The notes beneath the pieces are model-generated. The model saw nothing but the letters and a program-made list of their open reading frames with translations, made no database searches and was not told the origin of the DNA. From positions 1-57,735 of the forward strand of contig JBBREE010000002.1 of NCBI GenBank assembly GCA_038203255.1: a stretch of 57,735 bases of DNA, in the 5' to 3' direction. A program made the translations under genes and the position numbers. This document shows positions 52,385 through 57,735 of the stretch, in pieces (position 1 is the stretch's first letter; every line of letters begins with the position of its first letter). The stretch is from Candidatus Moraniibacteriota bacterium (GTDB lineage: Bacteria; Patescibacteriota; Minisyncoccia; Moranbacterales; UBA2206).

Positions 52385-52435
52385 AAACCAAAACACTCAT
52401 TAATGATTGCTAGTTATTGCTCTTCAGCTACTATT

Positions 52436-54007
52436 TTAGTGTTTTATCACTCTCCCGCTTTTTCCTTCCACAAATGCTCCATCTTTCAAAACTGCTTTTC
52501 CGTTGATAAAGAGATGCTCCACTCCGCGCGCGTATTGATAAGGGTTCTCTGTTGTAGCTTCTCCAGCAATTTTATCTCGGTCCAGAATAACTACATCGGC
52601 ATAATATCCCTCAGCAATTTTTCCACGCTTCTTTATGCCAAATTTTTCTGCCGGGTAAGAAGTCATTTTTCGTACCGCTTCTTCCCAAGTCAAGACATCT
52701 TCATCTAAGACATATTTAGAAAATATCTTCATCGTAGTGCCAAAAGATCGCGGATGAACAGCTTCTCCGGTTTCGATATGCGCTACGTTATATCCCGACC
52801 CATTAGTCGCAATCATAGATAATGGACTACGTAGAGCAGCACGGATATTGTTTTCACTTAAAAGTTCCGCGCTCGTTATGACGCGCCCATTAGAGGCCAG
52901 GAGAATATCAATGACAGCTTCCTCTACTGTGCTATTTTGAGAGGCTGCAATATCCACTATCTTTCTGCGGTTTAAGGATTTATCCAAAGAACTAGAGGCA
53001 ATTTCTATTTTTTCAAACTCAAAAACGGAAGCTTTCATTTCGGCTATAACCTTCGCTCTTATAACTGAATCTCTTAAACGACTAAGCATTAAATTTCTTC
53101 CTCCTTCCGATACCCAAGCAGGTAAGAAAGTATAGAGCACCGAACCAGTATTAGTATAAGGATAAATATCAAAAGAAATATCCATCCCATTTTCATTCAT
53201 TCTTTCGATAATAGCCAGCGCCTCTTCCATTTTAGGCCAATTTTTAGCACCCACTGCCTTCAAATGAGATATGTGTAGTTTTACTTTTGATTTTTGAGCA
53301 ACACTAATTGCCTCCTCAATTGAATCAAGGAGTTCTTCTGATTCTTCGCGAATGTGAGTAGCGTAAACCCCATTGTATTTTCTTACGATGACAGCCAGAT
53401 CAGTCAACTCCTCGATTGTAGCCATGCGCGCATGGGTGTAAATAAGCCCAGTAGACATTCCCAATGAACCATCTTTTAAGGAAGCGGTCAATTTCTTTTT
53501 GATAAAATCCAACTCTTTCGGATTAGGACTGCGCATTTCATCTTCCAAGATTCCGCGACGCATAGTAGCGTGACCAGTTAAAGTGGCAAAATTAAGCGGT
53601 AGCCCCTTCTCTTCTAAAAATTCGAAGAACTCTTTAAGACTAAGCCAATTCACATTAACTTTTGATAAATCGACCCATTTCTGGATTGATTCAATATTTT
53701 TAGAAGAAACCAGGGGCGCCAAAGATGATCCACAATTACCTCCGACAATGGTCGTAATTCCTTGAAACAAGAGACTCTCCATATTCGGTTCTAGAAAAAT
53801 CTGCCAAAAGGTATCGCTATGATTATTAACATCAATAAAGCCCGGGCAAACTATTTTGCCCTTAGCATCAATTTCAATTTCCCCTCGTGCGTCATGCAGT
53901 TCTCCAATTTCAGAAATCTCATCTCCCTTTATCCCAATATCAAATTCCCGCATCGCTTTTCCGGTGCCATCAATAACTGTGCCGTTTTTGATTATAATAT
54001 CAAACAT
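52436..54007 (-). CDS. N-acyl-D-amino-acid deacylase (D-aminoacylase, amidohydrolase superfamily)
   Basis: MFDIIIKNGTVIDGTG.., PGFIDVNNHSD (HxH-type metal site), GRVIK tail. The start at 54007 avoids overlap with gap. Confidence 0.75.
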   Translation of the reverse strand: MFDIIIKNGTVIDGTGKAMREFDIGIKGDEISEIGELHDARGEIEIDAKGKIVCPGFIDVNNHSDTFWQIFLEPNMESLLFQGITTIVGGNCGSSLAPLVSSKNIESIQKWVDLSKVNVNWLSLKEFFEFLEEKGLPLNFATLTGHATMRRGILEDEMRSPNPKELDFIKKKLTASLKDGSLGMSTGLIYTHARMATIEELTDLAVIVRKYNGVYATHIREESEELLDSIEEAISVAQKSKVKLHISHLKAVGAKNWPKMEEALAIIERMNENGMDISFDIYPYTNTGSVLYTFLPAWVSEGGRNLMLSRLRDSVIRAKVIAEMKASVFEFEKIEIASSSLDKSLNRRKIVDIAASQNSTVEEAVIDILLASNGRVITSAELLSENNIRAALRSPLSMIATNGSGYNVAHIETGEAVHPRSFGTTMKIFSKYVLDEDVLTWEEAVRKMTSYPAEKFGIKKRGKIAEGYYADVVILDRDKIAGEATTENPYQYARGVEHLFINGKAVLKDGAFVEGKSGRVIKH

Positions 54008-54017
54008 AATATGAAAA

Positions 54018-55016
54018 TTATTTATCTGATATATATTCCGCCATTTCCACAAGACGATTTGAATATCCCCATTCGTTGTCATACCATGAAACGACCTTCA
54101 CCAGATTTCCATTAACCATAGTAAGGGGCAAATCAGCAATGGAGCTACGCGGATCCATCCTAAAGTCCATCGAGACTAACTCCTCATCTGTCACGCCTAA
54201 AATATTTTTCAATCCATCTTGCGCCGCCTCTCGAAAAGCATCATTAATTTCTTCCGCACTCGCTTCTTTATTAAGAATGCAAACAAAGTCCACAATAGAA
54301 ACGACCGGGGTTGGTACGCGTAAAGATATCCCATCTAATTTTCCCACCAGGTGAGGAATAGCTTTCCCTACAGTTCTCGCGGCACCAGTCGTAGTCGGGA
54401 TGATATTTAAAGCTGCTGCCCTAGCACGTCTCAAATCTTTATGTGGCAAATCTTGCAAGCGCTGATCGTTGGTATATGAATGCGTAGTTGTCATAAAGCC
54501 TTTTTCCAAGCCAAAATTATCATCCAATACTTTTATGATTGGTGCTAAGCAATTAGTTGTACAACTTCCATTAGAAAGAATTGTTTCTCCGGCGTATTCA
54601 TTTTCGTTTACCCCTAAAAGGAAAACTGGAACCTCGTCTCCCTTAGGCGGTGCAGACAAAATTACTTTTTTAGCTCCGGCATTAATGTGTTTTTGGGCGT
54701 CTTCTTTTTTATTAAAAACTCCGGTACATTCCAAAACGGTGTCCACTTCCAAATCTTTCCAAGGTAATTTTTCAGGATTTGGTTCCATAAAATATTTAAT
54801 CCGCGTTCCGGAAACAATCAGCTCTGAGGCTTCCTTATCCACAACAACTTCCTTGTCATATCGACCATAAGAAGAATCATATTTTAAAAGATGAGCGGCT
54901 GTTTCAATATCGGTGAGATCATTAATAGCCACCACCTCAACATCTTCTTTGGCAAAAGCGATTTTAAAACTTGGTCGACCAATCCGACCGAAACCATTGA
55001 TTGCAATCTTTGTCAT
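54018..55016 (-). CDS. gap: type I glyceraldehyde-3-phosphate dehydrogenase
   Basis: MTKIAINGFGRIGR, SNGSCTTNCLAP (catalytic Cys), WYDNEWGYS. Confidence 0.95.
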   Translation of the reverse strand: MTKIAINGFGRIGRPSFKIAFAKEDVEVVAINDLTDIETAAHLLKYDSSYGRYDKEVVVDKEASELIVSGTRIKYFMEPNPEKLPWKDLEVDTVLECTGVFNKKEDAQKHINAGAKKVILSAPPKGDEVPVFLLGVNENEYAGETILSNGSCTTNCLAPIIKVLDDNFGLEKGFMTTTHSYTNDQRLQDLPHKDLRRARAAALNIIPTTTGAARTVGKAIPHLVGKLDGISLRVPTPVVSIVDFVCILNKEASAEEINDAFREAAQDGLKNILGVTDEELVSMDFRMDPRSSIADLPLTMVNGNLVKVVSWYDNEWGYSNRLVEMAEYISDK

Positions 55017-55037
55017 ATTAGTTTATATCCTAAATTA

Positions 55038-55511
55038 TTAAAAACCGTATGTAACACACGAGGCTGATTTTCCAACAAAATTATAATCAGCTCCAGGATG
55101 ACTGGCAAAAAAACCATTAAGATTTAAATTAGCCCCACAAACTATTTGCTGTGCACCACCTGGGGTGCTTGCACCTATACCGAATTGCAAATTACTACCG
55201 GGATTAGAGAAATTAGTATAAGTAAAATTAGTACCGGTCAAATCCGGATAAGCCGCTACTGTCTCAGAACAAATCTTGTTCCCGGGATTTGCCGAACCAA
55301 TCGTTGGAGTGGACACAGTCTCTCCTCGCACAAGGCAAATCTCAGCCAGCTTAGCAGCACTTTCAAGTGCAGACAGGGCCTTGGTGGATTTAGCGCGTTG
55401 CCTGCCACCATTTAAACTCACCATAACCACTGTGGCTAAAATACCTATAATGGCAATAGCGACCATAAGTTCGGCGAGCGTAAAACCTTTTTTATTTATT
55501 TTATTCTGCAT
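55038..55511 (-). CDS. type IV pilin-like protein (prepilin N-terminal cleavage/methylation domain)
   Basis: KKGFTLAELMVAIAIIGILATVV class III signal. Confidence 0.8.
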   Translation of the reverse strand: MQNKINKKGFTLAELMVAIAIIGILATVVMVSLNGGRQRAKSTKALSALESAAKLAEICLVRGETVSTPTIGSANPGNKICSETVAAYPDLTGTNFTYTNFSNPGSNLQFGIGASTPGGAQQIVCGANLNLNGFFASHPGADYNFVGKSASCVTYGF

Positions 55512-55549
55512 ATTTTAATGTTTTATTTTTCTATCCTAGCCTACTCTTA

Positions 55550-55822
55550 TTATACTTCAATATCGGTTATTTTCCAATCCTCTCCTGCCACTTTCTTAAC
55601 CTCAAAAATCGTGTGCGTAAAAAGAGCTTCTTTAGCGATGCTTTTTAGGCCAAATTGTAAATTTTCCAAAGAAATATCCTCCGTGTGTTCCGGATGACCA
55701 TCATGTGACATTGAAATCTGTCCGATTTCAATCTGGACTTTTTTCATACTGGAAAGTCCTTTTTCTACAGCAATCAATTTCAGCTGATCAATTATTTCTT
55801 TAGCTAACATAAAATCATGCAT
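55550..55822 (-). CDS. HypA-like nickel-binding protein lacking the CxxC zinc module
   Basis: Starts MHDFMLAKEII.. (compare HypA MHE..) with KKVQIEIGQIS. No Cys residues at all, so the zinc-finger insert is absent. The start is 4 nt after the dfx stop. Confidence 0.45.
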   Translation of the reverse strand: MHDFMLAKEIIDQLKLIAVEKGLSSMKKVQIEIGQISMSHDGHPEHTEDISLENLQFGLKSIAKEALFTHTIFEVKKVAGEDWKITDIEV

Positions 55823-55826
55823 ATCT

Positions 55827-56201
55827 TTATTTCTTCCATAACCCATGCAAATTGCAATAAGCGCGAACAGTTAAGTTTTTTGCCTCCAAGCAAAATTCTG
55901 CCATTGGTTCTTGTCCCGGTTCAAGAGTTTTGCGATAAGTCCGATGTTCAGTCACCACTTCAATCCACTCAATATAATGCTCCGCTTCCATTGGGTGATC
56001 AACGCTACCCACACGCACAATTATCCCGTCATCAGTCATTTCAACTGTTGGTACGTGTTTTTCCATTCCTTCTTCCTCATTTTTTTCCTGTCTAAGCTCC
56101 ATGACCCTCCCACAACAAATCAATTCTCCCTCTCCGATATGCACCATCTCCACAATATTCCCACAAATATTGCATTTATAAACTTGGTTTAACTCGGTCA
56201 T
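55827..56201 (-). CDS. dfx: desulfoferrodoxin (2Fe superoxide reductase)
   Basis: MTELNQVYKCNICGNIVEMVHIGEGELICCG (desulforedoxin-like centre I), EKHVPTVE, HPMEAEHYIEWIE, CNLHGLW (centre II). Confidence 0.85.
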   Translation of the reverse strand: MTELNQVYKCNICGNIVEMVHIGEGELICCGRVMELRQEKNEEEGMEKHVPTVEMTDDGIIVRVGSVDHPMEAEHYIEWIEVVTEHRTYRKTLEPGQEPMAEFCLEAKNLTVRAYCNLHGLWKK

Positions 56202-56221
56202 ATTTTTAATATTAATTATTA

Positions 56222-57481
56222 TTAATGTACCGCACAACTTATGCACGGATCATATGCTCTAATAAACGCTCTTAATTTTTTCTCCCTAGTTTTCACATCA
56301 AGATTAGCAATGCTTGGGATGTATTGAGCTATATCATCTTCCAGATTTCCCAAAAATTGCGCTGTTGGAGTAATAATATTCACATTTTTAACATAACCTT
56401 TTGCGTCAACATCCACATGATAGTAGAGCGTTCCACGCGGAGCCTCTACTGCCGCCGAGCCACTGCCTTCTCTAATTTCATATTTTTTTGTCACTATTTC
56501 ATTCAAATCAGAATTTAAAAGTTCACGGATAAGTTGACCAGAAACTTCTATGCAGTGAATCACTTCCGCCATTTGAGCCAAGATATTTCCAAATGGATTA
56601 TAATAGGGGAATTTCCAGGAGAGTTCTGAGATATATTTGGCAGCATTCGGGCGAAGCTTGTCGCGGTTAATATTAATTCTCGCGATAGCTCCAATCATAT
56701 AACTTTCACCATTATGTTCCACTCGCTTTATCACTTCTTGTTGGCGTTGGAATTCATGAAAACTACCCTCAAATTTTTCCACCGGAATATGAAAACCACG
56801 ATTAGAAAGGATGTCCCCATCGTAGATGGCATATTCCCCCTCTTTGTGGAGAGCAATATATTCAGTTTCACGATAAAATTCTGGAATTTTTATACCCTTA
56901 AAAAATTCCCCTAATTGCTTAGCTAATTCTAAAACCTCTTCTGTCTGAGAAGCAATCTTTCTAAAAGCTTCCTGGTCCGGAGCTTTTTTAAATCCTCCCA
57001 CTTCATTAGTCAGAGGATGCACCACGCGCCCACCAACTACCTTCACGATTTCCATTCCATATTCACGGATGCGCATGGCCGCCTTAGCTTCAGCCGGATA
57101 TTTCTCCACCAATTTGATGTCATTATCAATATCCAAAAAATCAGCCAGGGACAAAAAGAAAAGATGCAATGCGTGTGAATGGATGATTTGCGCATATTCC
57201 ATAAGCGCCCGCATTTTTTTAGTTTCCGTTGTCACAGAAATTCCCATCGCATTTTCCAGAGCCTTAATCGAAGTCAGATTGTGCACCACCGGACAAATTC
57301 CACAAATTCTTTGTGCTACTACTGGCATATCCTTATAATGACGCCCGATGAGTACACCTTCAATGAGTCGCACGCCTTCTTGCACTTCCAGCTTGGCCGA
57401 CTTTACGTCACCATGAATAACGCTAGCCATAAAACCGGTGTGCCCTTCCATTTTTGCAATATGATTTATTTTTATATTCAT
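56222..57481 (-). CDS. [NiFe] hydrogenase large subunit homologue (short, group-3-like)
   Basis: 419 aa; N-terminal RICGICPVVH and C-terminal DPCISCAVH nickel-ligand motifs. The protein ends at the His with no C-terminal extension. Confidence 0.8.
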   Translation of the reverse strand: MNIKINHIAKMEGHTGFMASVIHGDVKSAKLEVQEGVRLIEGVLIGRHYKDMPVVAQRICGICPVVHNLTSIKALENAMGISVTTETKKMRALMEYAQIIHSHALHLFFLSLADFLDIDNDIKLVEKYPAEAKAAMRIREYGMEIVKVVGGRVVHPLTNEVGGFKKAPDQEAFRKIASQTEEVLELAKQLGEFFKGIKIPEFYRETEYIALHKEGEYAIYDGDILSNRGFHIPVEKFEGSFHEFQRQQEVIKRVEHNGESYMIGAIARININRDKLRPNAAKYISELSWKFPYYNPFGNILAQMAEVIHCIEVSGQLIRELLNSDLNEIVTKKYEIREGSGSAAVEAPRGTLYYHVDVDAKGYVKNVNIITPTAQFLGNLEDDIAQYIPSIANLDVKTREKKLRAFIRAYDPCISCAVH

Positions 57482-57508
57482 ATTTTTATTATATTCTAAA
57501 TTCTCTTA

Positions 57509-57735
57509 TTAGTTAAGTTTACAAATTTGGCTAAGCGCCGATTTATCCTCTTCCGTTAATGTTGGCGTTTCCACGTTTTGGTCGCCGATGAGATAATACA
57601 TAATGGATTTCGAATTTTCCACATGATCAAGTCCAAGATAATGCCCAAATTCATGCACCAGAGTCAATCTCAAATCTCCTGTCTTATTAAATTGGTAAAT
57701 GTCAATTTCATTTCCATCAAAAACTCCTTTTTCAA
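57509..57735 (-). CDS. metzincin (matrixin-like) zinc metalloprotease, C-terminal part; the N-terminus is beyond the right edge
   Basis: My own translation: ..GVFDGNEIDIYQFNKTGDLRLTLVHEFGHYLGLDHVENSKSIMYYLIGDQNVETPTLTEEDKSALSQICKLN*. It has HExxHxxGxxH plus the Met-turn SIMY. Confidence 0.75.
   Translation of the reverse strand, partial: EKGVFDGNEIDIYQFNKTGDLRLTLVHEFGHYLGLDHVENSKSIMYYLIGDQNVETPTLTEEDKSALSQICKLN

Overview
This is a 57.7-kb, AT-rich, gene-dense bacterial fragment with about 85% of genes on the minus strand. My inference is a small-genome uncultivated lineage of the Patescibacteria/CPR type. The hints are tRNA-sensing T-box leaders with miniature specifier hairpins, a TasA/SipW fibre operon, a bacterial Elp3, a group-3-like [NiFe] hydrogenase subunit, and short palindromic repeats sitting in frame inside housekeeping genes.

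Layout:
- 1-16 kb: housekeeping genes (ileS with T-box, rhodanese, GT4, argS, rnhB, dnaE, DUF45 hydrolase, SIMPL, HU, HD, recQ, PUR-like).
- 16-19 kb: three orphan genes, each with its own promoter and terminator.
- 19.2-27 kb: an accessory island punctuated by five copies of one 24-bp perfect palindrome. It holds a decayed dinD-like gene, a candidate small RNA, an AbrB-like gene plus DUF3800, the TasA-like x2/SipW/LTD fibre operon, a Cys-rich orphan, and the AbiEi/AbiEii toxin-antitoxin pair.
- 27-33.4 kb: a Memo-like gene and a 1832-aa alpha-2-macroglobulin homologue carrying an intein-like Hint module where the bait region should be.
- 33.5-38 kb: thrS with T-box, miaB, miaA.
- 38.5-44 kb: gatB and a compact dTMP/dNTP cluster (mazG, tmk, DHFR-like, thyA, dCMP deaminase, two P-loop kinases).
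- 44.8-46.8 kb: rplA, rplK, nusG, secE.
- 47-50.7 kb: DUF2127, NUDIX, Elp3, methyltransferase.
- 50.76-50.91 kb: tRNA-Ala and tRNA-Ile.
- 51-57.7 kb: murD, D-aminoacylase, gap, pilin, then HypA-like, desulfoferrodoxin, [NiFe] hydrogenase large subunit and a partial metzincin.

The strongest candidates for something new are the Hint-in-A2M architecture, the palindrome-delimited island (including AbrB/DUF3800 and the sRNA), the in-frame palindromic insertions, and the orphan hydrogenase subunit coupled to a superoxide reductase.

All protein family calls come from reading motifs by eye. No database search was run. RNA boundaries are approximate.
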